DNA of 32,000 nucleotides, taken from the NCBI GenBank assembly GCA_963676105.1, contig OY781039.1:90001-122000 (forward strand). Reading direction: 5' to 3'. Within the stretch, counting starts at the first letter, position 1; each line of letters starts with the position of its first letter. The notes under the pieces were generated by a model, which had not been told where the DNA came from, did no database searches, and saw nothing but the letters and a program-made list of their open reading frames with translations. This stretch comes from Erysipelotrichaceae bacterium. Its GTDB lineage: Bacteria; Bacillota_I; Bacilli_A; Erysipelotrichales; Erysipelotrichaceae. A program made the translations under genes and the position numbers. Positions 1-7,900 of the stretch are shown here, one piece after another.

Positions 1-651
1 AATAACACTTGAAGCACCATGTAGTACGATTGGGAAGTTAGGAAGACGTTTTGAAACTTCTTCTAAGATGTCGAAACGTAATTGTGGTTTTGTACCTGGA
101 GCAAATTTGAATGCACCATGGCTTGTCCCAATAGCGATAGCTAATGAGTCACAACCTGTACGAGTAACGAAGTCTTCAACTTGTTCTGGTTGAGTGTAGC
201 TATGTTCTGCAACATTAACTTCATCTTCGATACCAGCTAGTTGTCCAAGTTCACCTTCAACAGTTACACCGTGAGCGTGAGCGTATTCAACAACTTTCTT
301 TGTTAGAGCAACGTTTTCTTCATAAGGAAGATGTGAACCATCGATCATAACAGATGTGAATCCGTTGTCGATACATTCTTTACATAATTCGAATGTGTCA
401 CCGTGGTCTAAGTGTAAAGCGATAGGAATATCACTTGTTTCTACTGCAGCTTCAACAAGCTTGCGTAGGTATACTGGGTTTGCGTAGTTACGAGCACCTT
501 TTGACGCTTGTAAAATAACAGGTGATTTTAGTTCGTTAGCTGCTTCAACGATCGCTTGAACAATTTCCATGTTGTTGACGTTGAATGCTCCGATGGCATA
601 ACCACCTTTGTATGCTTTTTCAAACATTTCTTTGGTTGATACTAAAGGCAT
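1..651 (-). CDS. fba: Fructose-1,6-bisphosphate aldolase, class II (N-terminal ~217 aa; gene runs off the window start)
   Basis: Absent from the ORF track because it is truncated by the window edge. My minus-strand translation from the ATG at 651-649 gives MPLVSTKEMFEKAYKGGYAIGAFNVNNMEIVQAIVEAANELKSPVILQASKGARNY...ALHLDHGDTFE...VEGELGQLAG...AIAIGTSHGAFKF, which are typical class II FBA motifs. AGGAGG lies upstream. Confidence 0.93.
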   Translation of the reverse strand, partial: MPLVSTKEMFEKAYKGGYAIGAFNVNNMEIVQAIVEAANELKSPVILQASKGARNYANPVYLRKLVEAAVETSDIPIALHLDHGDTFELCKECIDNGFTSVMIDGSHLPYEENVALTKKVVEYAHAHGVTVEGELGQLAGIEDEVNVAEHSYTQPEQVEDFVTRTGCDSLAIAIGTSHGAFKFAPGTKPQLRFDILEEVSKRLPNFPIVLHGASSVI

Positions 652-676
652 AATTTTAAATTCCTCCTAGTCATAT

Positions 677-704
677 ATTATAAGGAAAAAGTACCATTAT
701 GCAA
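677..704 (-). promoter_or_regulatory. Putative sigma-A promoter of fba (TTGCAT-16 nt-TATAAT)
   Basis: The reverse complement reads TTGCAT (704-699), a 16-nt spacer, then TATAAT (682-677), about 25 nt upstream of the fba ATG. Confidence 0.55.
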
Positions 705-724
705 GAAAGAAACATTCTCTTTCA

Positions 725-754
725 TTGAAAGCGATTTTACTTGTGGTGTATAAT
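725..754 (+). promoter_or_regulatory. Putative sigma-A promoter of pduL (TTGAAA-18 nt-TATAAT)
   Basis: TTGAAA at 725-730 and TATAAT at 749-754. The SD GAGGTGA precedes the ATG at 781. Confidence 0.5.
726..739. promoter_or_regulatory. cre-like box (candidate CcpA site) in the fba/pduL divergent intergenic region
   Basis: TGAAAGCGATTTTA compared with the cre consensus TGWAANCGNTNWCA. There is one mismatch and the central CG is kept. Confidence 0.45.
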
Positions 755-780
755 AAAAAACGAAAAAATGAGGTGAAGTC

Positions 781-1359
781 ATGGAAGAAAATAAAGTACT
801 CGTTGAAGTGTCCGCAAGACACGTTCATGTGAGCCAAGAAGATTTAGAAGTTTTATTTGGAAAAGGGTATGAATTAACCCCTAAAAAAGATTTATCACAG
901 CCTGGGCAATATGCTTGTGAAGAAAGAGTTAGCGTTGTTGGACCTAAAAGCACATTGAATAATGTTATTATCTTAGGACCTTGTCGTAACTTCTCACAAG
1001 TTGAAGTCAGTTTAACAGATGCTCGTACATTAGGTGCTAAAGCACTCATTCGCGAATCCGGTAAAATTGAAGGTAGTTATGGTATTAAATTAGTGGGACC
1101 AAAAGGTGAAGTTGAACTTAAAGAAGGTTTAATTGCTGCTAAACGTCACATCCACCTAACACCAGAAGATGCGAAAAAGTTTAATGTTGAGAATGGACAA
1201 GTTGTTTCAGTACTTGTTGAAACAGATAATCGTACAACCAGCTTTGGAGATACTGTTATTCGTGTTAGCGAAAAATTCGCTGCCGCAATGCACATCGATA
1301 CAGATGAAGCAAATGCTGCAGGTATCGTTGGTAGCGCAATGGGATCAATTATTGCTTAA
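781..1359 (+). CDS. pduL: Phosphate propanoyl/acetyl-transferase, PduL type
   Basis: 192 aa with two PduL half-domains: SARHVHVSQEDLEVLFG near the N-terminus and AAKRHIHLTPEDAKKF in the second half, plus HIDTDEANAAG near the C-terminus. A good SD is present. Confidence 0.88.
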   Translation: MEENKVLVEVSARHVHVSQEDLEVLFGKGYELTPKKDLSQPGQYACEERVSVVGPKSTLNNVIILGPCRNFSQVEVSLTDARTLGAKALIRESGKIEGSYGIKLVGPKGEVELKEGLIAAKRHIHLTPEDAKKFNVENGQVVSVLVETDNRTTSFGDTVIRVSEKFAAAMHIDTDEANAAGIVGSAMGSIIA

Positions 1360-1385
1360 GTCGTTAGAAATAACGGCTTTTTTTT
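1360..1385 (+). terminator. Rho-independent terminator after pduL
   Basis: GTCGTTA-GAAA-TAACGGC stem-loop followed by T8. Confidence 0.8.
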
Positions 1386-1410
1386 ACTTTTATCCCCTTG
1401 TTTATAAGGT

Positions 1411-2331
1411 ATGATAGTAAGTGATATGAAACATATTTTTATTGTTAACCCGATTTCTGGACAAGAATCTGCTTTAAATCTAATTCCAAGTATTGAATCT
1501 TACTTTAAAGATCGACCAAAAGATTATGAAATTCATCTAACACAATATCCTAAGCAAGCCACTGAATTAGCATCACAATATCATAAGGAAGATGATGTGA
1601 CTTTATATGCTTGTGGGGGGGATGGAACCATTAACGAAGTTTTTAATGGGTTAGAGCCTGGGGTTCCTCTGGGTGTTCTTCCAGTTGGAACAGGTAATGA
1701 TTTTTTTAGAATGTTGGGGGTTAAAGAAACAAAACTTAAAGATATCCTTCACGCAACCATTGAAGGGAAAGAGGTCTTTGTTGATGCAGGTATGAGTAAT
1801 CTAGGTGGATTTGTTGAAGCTCTCTCAATGGGTTTTGATGCAGATGTCGCCTATGATGCAAATAAGATTTCAAGAAATAAATGGGTACCCAATAAATTTG
1901 TCTATATGATATCTGTGATTAATAATATTTTTTCGAGAACTACGTATCATATGACAATTGATATTGATGGCGAAATCATAGATGAGAAATTATTATTAAT
2001 AGCGATAATGAATGGACGAGATTATGGAGGTGGTTTTACGCCAACCCCAAATGCTGATATGCAGGATGGTTATTTAGATATTTGTTTGATTCGAAACAGT
2101 CATCTCGCAAATATTCTTCAAGCTTTACCAATGTATGCAAAGGGCACACATACTGATTTAAAAATCGTAAGAATGTATAAAGCCAAGAACATTAAATTAA
2201 AGAGTAAACTACCTGTTCACATCCAACGTGATGGTGAATCAGACGTTGTCAGTGAATTAAACATATCAATTGTAGAAAAAGGAATAAAATTACGCGTTCC
2301 TCAATCATCAAATCTTAAGGAGTCAATATGA
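1411..2331 (+). CDS. Diacylglycerol/lipid kinase family protein (DagK/YegS/BmrU type)
   Basis: IFIVNPISG near the N-terminus, the GGDGT nucleotide-binding motif and PVGTGNDF, at ~300 aa. The start is ambiguous: ATG 1411 or ATG 1426 (MKHIFIVNP). Confidence 0.82.
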   Translation: MIVSDMKHIFIVNPISGQESALNLIPSIESYFKDRPKDYEIHLTQYPKQATELASQYHKEDDVTLYACGGDGTINEVFNGLEPGVPLGVLPVGTGNDFFRMLGVKETKLKDILHATIEGKEVFVDAGMSNLGGFVEALSMGFDADVAYDANKISRNKWVPNKFVYMISVINNIFSRTTYHMTIDIDGEIIDEKLLLIAIMNGRDYGGGFTPTPNADMQDGYLDICLIRNSHLANILQALPMYAKGTHTDLKIVRMYKAKNIKLKSKLPVHIQRDGESDVVSELNISIVEKGIKLRVPQSSNLKESI

Positions 2332-3161
2332 TTTTAGAAAATGAATTATGTAAAGTTGAAATATCAAATAATGGTGCTGAAATCCATCATTTTATAAACA
2401 AAGAAACAGGTAAAGAATGGATGTGGGATAGTAATCCAAAATACTGGGATCAACATAATCCAATCCTTTTTCCAATTGTTGGTTCAACCTATGATAAAAA
2501 GATTAGAATCAATGGAAAAATCTATGAAATGGGTAATCATGGCTTTACAAGAAGAGCTGTTTTTAAGACGGTTTCTGAGTCCACAAATTCTTGTGAATTA
2601 TGCCTTGAATCTAACAAGGAAACTTTAAGTCAATATCCCTTTGAATTTAAGTTGAATGTTCGTTATGATTTAGAGGGTACTTGCTTAAAAATTCACTATT
2701 CAATTGAGAATAAATCAAGCGAAGACATGCCTTTCTCATTTGGTTTACATCCAGCTTTTATGACATCTACAAATGGTGTAGATGGAATTCAATCAGTTGT
2801 TTTTCCAAATCAAGAAAACGACTTACCTGAAAACATCTTAAATACACAAACTAATACACTTGAGTTCACTGATGAATTCTTTAAAAAAGTGCCAACTTTG
2901 TTTTTAAAAAATGTGGCTTCACCATATGTCACATTAATTGATGGAAATAATACGATGAAGGTAAGTGTCATGGGGTATAAATACTTAGCATTCTGGAAAA
3001 AACCAGAAGCCAATTTCTTATGTATTGAACCTTGGCATGGCCATAGTGACTTTGAAGAAGTAAATTGTGATTTCTCTGAAAGAGAGGGCACACTTATCCT
3101 TAAACCAAATCGAATTTTCACAACAACACATGAGCTAATAGCGGGTGTAAGGGAGAACTAA
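2328..3161 (+). CDS. Aldose 1-epimerase family protein (LacX-like mutarotase fold)
   Basis: 277 aa with the LFPIVG..., GNHGF.R and GLHPAF/EPW.G motifs typical of the LacX/YihR-like aldose epimerase family. ATGA overlap with the upstream gene. Confidence 0.75.
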   Translation: MILENELCKVEISNNGAEIHHFINKETGKEWMWDSNPKYWDQHNPILFPIVGSTYDKKIRINGKIYEMGNHGFTRRAVFKTVSESTNSCELCLESNKETLSQYPFEFKLNVRYDLEGTCLKIHYSIENKSSEDMPFSFGLHPAFMTSTNGVDGIQSVVFPNQENDLPENILNTQTNTLEFTDEFFKKVPTLFLKNVASPYVTLIDGNNTMKVSVMGYKYLAFWKKPEANFLCIEPWHGHSDFEEVNCDFSEREGTLILKPNRIFTTTHELIAGVREN

Positions 3162-3163
3162 AC

Positions 3164-3883
3164 ATGTTTAAAATTCACGTCTTAAAAAATTATGATGAAG
3201 TATCAGAAAAAGCAGCTGAAATTGTTTTGTCTAAACTAAAGAGAGATAAAGTGGTCTTAGGGCTGCCAACAGGCTCAACTCCTGAAGGAATGTATGCAAG
3301 ACTTGTTCAAGCACATAAAGATGGTCAATCATTTGCCCATGTGACAACTTTTAACTTAGATGAGTATGTTGGTTTAGATACGAACCATCCACAAAGTTTT
3401 AATTTCTATATGCATGATAAATTCTTTAATCATGTTGATATTGCTGAAGAAAATATTCATATTCCAAGCGGAACTGATCAAATGGAACATGTCTGTGCAG
3501 ATTATGAAGCTTTACTCGCAAAAAATCCTCAAGACCTTCAAATTCTAAGTTTAGGTTCCAATGGTCATATTGGCTTTAATGAACCTGGCACATTATTTGA
3601 ATCTACAACACATGTTATTCGCTTAAAGAAACAAACACGTACAGATAATGCACGTCACTTTAATTCTCTAGATGAAGTACCAACATACGCAATCACTATG
3701 GGTATTAAAGATATTCTTCGTGCTCGTGAGATTTTAGTCATTGCGAGTGGTGAGAACAAGGCACAAGCTGTTTATCAAATGATTCACGGCACAGCAAATG
3801 AAGTTTTCCCATGTTCAGCACTACAAAATCATGCGGATGTTGTTGTGTTAGTAGATGAAGAGGCGGCATCATTACTTAAATGA
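3164..3883 (+). CDS. nagB: Glucosamine-6-phosphate deaminase
   Basis: 239 aa with LGLPTGSTP, FNLDEYVGL, LGSNGHIGFNEPG and AITMGI motifs. Confidence 0.93.
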   Translation: MFKIHVLKNYDEVSEKAAEIVLSKLKRDKVVLGLPTGSTPEGMYARLVQAHKDGQSFAHVTTFNLDEYVGLDTNHPQSFNFYMHDKFFNHVDIAEENIHIPSGTDQMEHVCADYEALLAKNPQDLQILSLGSNGHIGFNEPGTLFESTTHVIRLKKQTRTDNARHFNSLDEVPTYAITMGIKDILRAREILVIASGENKAQAVYQMIHGTANEVFPCSALQNHADVVVLVDEEAASLLK

Positions 3884-4770
3884 TCAAACTGATTATTTCT
3901 GATTTAGATGGAACACTATTAAAGAAGTTTAAAACATTATCTGAAGCAAATCGAAATGCAATTCTAAAAGTACAAGCTCAAGGAATTAAATTCTCTATTG
4001 CGACAGGACGTGGTTTTGATAGTACCCATCAATTTATCAAACAACTCAAATTGAAAGAGTATGGCGGCTATATGATACTTAATAATGGCCAACGCTTTAT
4101 CAATGTGAAAGAAGACACAGAAGAAGTGACAGGTTTAATCTCAGTCGAAGATTGCCAAGCAGCTTTTCGATTTGCGAAAGCACATGATCTACAAATGGTC
4201 ATGGATGGCGAAGCTGGTTTAGCTTTCTTTTCTCCAGAGAAACTTAAAGTCTATCGTGATATTTATTTAACACTGATTAAGATATTACCTTACTTTAGTT
4301 TTATTCTAAGACGTATCCATGTCTTTGCCTTATTTGGTTTTTTAAAAACACAAAAGGTTAACATTATTTCAGATGCTGAAGAGATCAAACACTCATACGA
4401 TAAAATTGGATTTACTCACTTCAAACATGAATTAGATAAATCAACGGACACTTTAAAAGAAATCTTTAAAGGAAAACTTGAAATTATGCGTGTTTCTGAC
4501 AATTGGTTAGATATCTCACCTAAAGGGATTACCAAGCTTGTTGGGATTAAAAAACTCATGGAACTTGAAGGAATCAAAGATGATGAAGTCCTCGTCATGG
4601 GTGACAGTGAAAATGATGCGACGATGTTATCGTACTTCAAATATAGTGTCGCAATGGGAAATGCATCTGAACGAATAAAAGGTCTCGCAAATTACACGAC
4701 TGGGACAAATAAAGAAGATGGTGTAGCTCAAGCGATACAAAAATTCGTATTCGATGAGCAAAATGGATGA
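3880..4770 (+). CDS. Cof-type HAD-IIB family hydrolase (sugar-phosphate phosphatase-like)
   Basis: DLDGTLL (motif I), ATGR (motif II), GDSENDATM (motif IV). ATGA overlap with nagB. Confidence 0.85.
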   Translation: MIKLIISDLDGTLLKKFKTLSEANRNAILKVQAQGIKFSIATGRGFDSTHQFIKQLKLKEYGGYMILNNGQRFINVKEDTEEVTGLISVEDCQAAFRFAKAHDLQMVMDGEAGLAFFSPEKLKVYRDIYLTLIKILPYFSFILRRIHVFALFGFLKTQKVNIISDAEEIKHSYDKIGFTHFKHELDKSTDTLKEIFKGKLEIMRVSDNWLDISPKGITKLVGIKKLMELEGIKDDEVLVMGDSENDATMLSYFKYSVAMGNASERIKGLANYTTGTNKEDGVAQAIQKFVFDEQNG

Positions 4771-4821
4771 AAATCGTTTAAGATATTGTTAAAGTTGAAG
4801 CGAATAAGGAGAACTATAAAT

Positions 4822-5130
4822 ATGAAACAAGTTACAGAAAAAGAATTTAGTGAAATTATTAAAAGCGGAACCGTGTTAGTTGACTTCTCAGCTGAATGGT
4901 GTGGTCCATGTAAGATGATCGCTCCAGTGCTAGAACAACTTTCTAAAGAATATGAAGGTAAAGTTAAAATCATCACTGTTGATGTCGATGAAGAAAATGA
5001 TTTAGCTATGAAATTTTCAATCATGTCTATCCCAACTTTAATGTTATTTAAAGATGGTGAAAATGTTGGTCAAGTTGTTGGTTTCCAATCAAAACCTATG
5101 CTTGAAAAATTTATTCAACGCGGACTATAA
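4822..5130 (+). CDS. trxA: Thioredoxin
   Basis: WCGPCK active site at ~102 aa. AAGGAGA at 4806-4812 supports ATG 4822 rather than the track start 4786. Confidence 0.93.
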   Translation: MKQVTEKEFSEIIKSGTVLVDFSAEWCGPCKMIAPVLEQLSKEYEGKVKIITVDVDEENDLAMKFSIMSIPTLMLFKDGENVGQVVGFQSKPMLEKFIQRGL

Positions 5131-5154
5131 TTCAAGATTCAAATCTAAATTAAG

Positions 5155-5184
5155 AGCGGATTTTATAGAAATCTGCTTTTTTTT
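5155..5184 (+). terminator. Rho-independent terminator after trxA
   Basis: AGCGGATTT-TATAG-AAATCTGCT (9 bp including one G.U pair) followed by T8. Confidence 0.8.
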
Positions 5185-5260
5185 ATGTGACAAGTCTATT
5201 CTCACCTTCAATAAAAATACTAATATATGTTTATAAAATTATAAATTATATAAAATTATC

Positions 5261-5289
5261 TTGATAAAACATCATTCATAAATTAATAT
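5261..5289 (+). promoter_or_regulatory. Putative sigma-A promoter of the ChW/FG-GAP gene (TTGATA-17 nt-TAATAT)
   Basis: TTGATA at 5261-5266 and TAATAT at 5284-5289, inside a very AT-rich intergenic region. Confidence 0.45.
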
Positions 5290-5348
5290 AAATATATTAG
5301 TTATATAAAACTAATTAAATTATATTAGTGTTAAAAGGGAGAGTGAAA

Positions 5349-7223
5349 ATGAAAAGACTCACAAAAGCGATAATCAGTAGCTTCTTACTGATATCCGTAT
5401 TTGTGATACCTGTATCTGCTATTGATTACACACGTGTAGATGTTGGGTATCAAGTGAAGACAACAGAGTGGACAGACTATAGTTGGGGTGGTGCACTTGG
5501 TGGTAGTGAAGGTGGAGCTGCATTAACAGCTCTAAAAATGAACTTAGATGATGCATCGTATGGTGCGGGTATTGAGTACCGTGTCTATACTGGCTCTACT
5601 TGGAGTGATTGGGCTCAAAGTTTTCAAGAAGCTGGGAATGGACAAGCTATCTTAGGTGTACAAATCCAACTTAAAGACTTTGATCATGCGAATGTATACT
5701 ATCAAACCTACAGATCAGGTTTAGGATGGGGAACATGGGTTAAAAATGGTCAAACATCAGGAACACTAGATTCAGCTAGTCCGATTACTGGGATTAGAGT
5801 AAAAGTTGATGAAGTAGGTGTAGAGTATCAATCTAATGTCGGTGGTACACTACAAGTTGTACGACATAACAGAGAAACACAAGGTTCAGGATTAATTTAT
5901 ACAATACAAATGGGCTTAATCTCATCTAATACTGATGATAAGATTGAATACCGTGCTTACTTTAAAAATACTGGATGGACAAACTGGGTCGCTAATTATA
6001 CTAACCTAGGATCTGAACGTTCAGGTGATATGATTACCGCTTTAGAAGCCAAACTAGTAGGTTTAGATGGCTATCATGTAGCTATTCAACCACAAGTGAA
6101 TGGTACATGGTGGGATTGGGCATATGATGGAGCTACTGCAGGAACACTAGATACTGCTTTAACAGCATACAGAGTTAAGATTGAAAAAGATGCGCCTAAA
6201 GAAACTGTAGCGACACCAGTAGTAGTTGAAGAAGAACCAGTAGTTGAAGAAGAAGCACAAGAAGAAAGTTCTGGTGAATTAAAACCAAATGAATCAAGTG
6301 AATTAAGTAAAGTCTCGGTTTATGGTTGGGCATTTCCAGCTATTGGAGATGTCAATGGTGATGGTTTCAAAGATGTTATTGTAGGTTCATTTGATGGGAC
6401 AGTACAAACCTATTACCAAACATCTTTAGGTAAATTTGAACAACAAACTGATGAGAAAAATCCATTTAAATTAGTTGAAGCGCCAACCTTTTCTGAAGAA
6501 TACAGTTTAAGATATTCATTCCCAACCTTAGGAGATTTTGACAATGATGGTGATTTGGATCTGGTTTTAGGTTATGGAGATATGGATAGTAAAGAAGCTG
6601 GACTATATTTATATGAGAACACTGGTTCAAGCACTAATCCTCAATTTACATCATTAACTGATAATAATTTTCTAAATGTAGATCGTGGAACCTATTCATT
6701 TTTAACCTCTGGAGATTATGATGGTGACGGAGATGATGATTTATTTTTGGGATCAAGCTTTGAAGGCGAAAATAACTCTGAATATTTGAAGATAGTTAAA
6801 AACAGTGGTGAAAAACGAATCTTAAGTTCAGCAGATATCTTAGATAATCATCCGTTCGATTTTGATAATGAAATTGGTGAAAATGGAAACAGCATAACGG
6901 AGGAAGCATATCTTCAATTTGCAACGATTCCATATCTTGGCGATTTCAATGGCGATGGAGTCATCGATTTTGCGGCGGGGAGCCTCTTGGTTAATGATGA
7001 TATTAGTTTACTTGTTTTCCATACCGGTGCTAACGTTGATGGATCAATTAGCTATACATACCATTCAAACTATAATCAACTAATCTCTCCATTTAATGAA
7101 ATCTCATTTTCAGTACCATTTGCAACTGCAGGTGATTTAGATAATGATGGAGATGCTGACTTCCTTATCGGTGATGGCAACGATGATGGGGTTGGATTTA
7201 TCCAATATTACGAAAATCAATAA
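5349..7223 (+). CDS. Secreted protein: signal peptide + ~6 ChW-like repeats + acidic linker + FG-GAP/VCBS (DxDxDG) repeat region
   Basis: MKRLTKAIISSFLLISVFVIPVSA looks like a signal peptide. ChW-like units include IEYRAYFKNTGWTNWVANYTNLGSERSGDMITALEAKL and VYYQTYRSGLGWGTWVKNGQTSGT. There are five clear GD(F/V/Y/L)(N/D)(G/N)DG.D..(V/L/F/A/I)G repeats. SD GGGAGAG precedes ATG 5349; the track start 5328 is a GTG. Confidence 0.85.
   Translation: MKRLTKAIISSFLLISVFVIPVSAIDYTRVDVGYQVKTTEWTDYSWGGALGGSEGGAALTALKMNLDDASYGAGIEYRVYTGSTWSDWAQSFQEAGNGQAILGVQIQLKDFDHANVYYQTYRSGLGWGTWVKNGQTSGTLDSASPITGIRVKVDEVGVEYQSNVGGTLQVVRHNRETQGSGLIYTIQMGLISSNTDDKIEYRAYFKNTGWTNWVANYTNLGSERSGDMITALEAKLVGLDGYHVAIQPQVNGTWWDWAYDGATAGTLDTALTAYRVKIEKDAPKETVATPVVVEEEPVVEEEAQEESSGELKPNESSELSKVSVYGWAFPAIGDVNGDGFKDVIVGSFDGTVQTYYQTSLGKFEQQTDEKNPFKLVEAPTFSEEYSLRYSFPTLGDFDNDGDLDLVLGYGDMDSKEAGLYLYENTGSSTNPQFTSLTDNNFLNVDRGTYSFLTSGDYDGDGDDDLFLGSSFEGENNSEYLKIVKNSGEKRILSSADILDNHPFDFDNEIGENGNSITEEAYLQFATIPYLGDFNGDGVIDFAAGSLLVNDDISLLVFHTGANVDGSISYTYHSNYNQLISPFNEISFSVPFATAGDLDNDGDADFLIGDGNDDGVGFIQYYENQ
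5436..6182 (+). repeat. ChW-like (clostridial hydrophobic W) protein repeat region, ~6 units
   Basis: The periodic pattern (I/V)xY(R/Q)xxxxxxGWxxWxxxGxxxGxxxxxxxxxxxx(V/L/I)K(L/V/I) is visible in the translation. Confidence 0.7.
6330..7220 (+). repeat. FG-GAP/VCBS-type calcium-binding repeat region (putative beta-propeller)
   Basis: GDVNGDGFKDVIVG, GDFDNDGDLDLVLG, GDYDGDGDDDLFLG, GDFNGDGVIDFAAG, GDLDNDGDADFLIG. Confidence 0.8.
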
Positions 7224-7254
7224 TAATGTATAGTTTTTAGATTATTCTAAAAAA

Positions 7255-7282
7255 GTGCAATCTTAAGTATTGCATTTTTTTT
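7255..7282 (+). terminator. Rho-independent terminator after the ChW/FG-GAP gene
   Basis: GTGCAAT-cttaagt-ATTGCAT stem followed by T8. An A-run upstream gives it a bidirectional appearance. Confidence 0.75.
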
Positions 7283-7357
7283 GTGTTTGATTATAATTAT
7301 TTTTGTTTGTTTTTATAAACAAAAAGTTTAGTAAAGCTAAACACAGGGAGTCAGGTT

Positions 7358-7891
7358 ATGGATATCGGTCAACGCATTAAACGTTTTCGTATACAGAATG
7401 AACTCACCCTTGAAGAACTGGCGTCTCGTACAGAACTTACAAAGGGTTTTTTATCTCAGTTAGAGAGAGATTTAACAGCTCCATCTATTCAGACATTAAG
7501 TGATATTACAGAAGCATTAGGAATGGATTTAGCTCAGTTTTTCTCTGATGCGACTAACGATAAGATTGTGTTTACTCAAGATGATTACTTTATAGATCAG
7601 CGTGATGGATACAAAATTGAATATATTGTCCCCAATGCACAGAAGAATGATATGGAGCCTATTTTATTAGAAATAGATGCTCATGGATCTTCACAGACTT
7701 TAGTTCCACACAATGGTGAAGAATTTGGTTATGTCTTGAATGGGAAAATTACCTTAGTGAATGGTAAGAAAAAGCATAGTTTAAAAAAAGGGCAGACATT
7801 CTATTTAAAAGGCTCTTATAGTCATACATTAGTTAATAATACAAACAGTCCAGCAAAAGTCTTATGGATTTGCACACCACCCATTTTTTAG
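7358..7891 (+). CDS. XRE-family HTH + C-terminal cupin transcriptional regulator (PuuR-like architecture)
   Basis: N-terminal IKRFRIQNELTLEELASRTELTKGFLSQLERD (HTH_3) and a C-terminal cupin segment (HNGEEFGYVLNGKITL...GQTFYL). It sits immediately upstream of potA. Confidence 0.82.
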   Translation: MDIGQRIKRFRIQNELTLEELASRTELTKGFLSQLERDLTAPSIQTLSDITEALGMDLAQFFSDATNDKIVFTQDDYFIDQRDGYKIEYIVPNAQKNDMEPILLEIDAHGSSQTLVPHNGEEFGYVLNGKITLVNGKKKHSLKKGQTFYLKGSYSHTLVNNTNSPAKVLWICTPPIF

Positions 7892-7900
7892 GAGAGAGCC

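Noticed and set aside
825-1414. Track ORFs 825..1049 (-) and 1169..1414 (+), which overlap pduL
   Set aside because: They are antisense or alternate-frame to a strongly supported PduL CDS. Their composition is low-complexity and Ser/Leu/Lys-rich, and they have no SD.
2810-5236. Track ORFs 2810..3121 (-), 4416..4640 (-), 4728..5024 (-), 5054..5236 (+)
   Set aside because: They are antisense or out of frame relative to the aldose-epimerase, HAD and trxA genes. The 5054 ORF runs through the trxA terminator. There are no translation signals or recognisable motifs.
6330-7220. Periodic GATGGTGA/GATGATGG-rich DNA, considered as a possible nucleotide-level repeat array
   Set aside because: The periodicity is explained by the protein-level DxDxDG FG-GAP repeats. 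The spacers are not unique or regular in the CRISPR sense, and the units are not identical at the DNA level.
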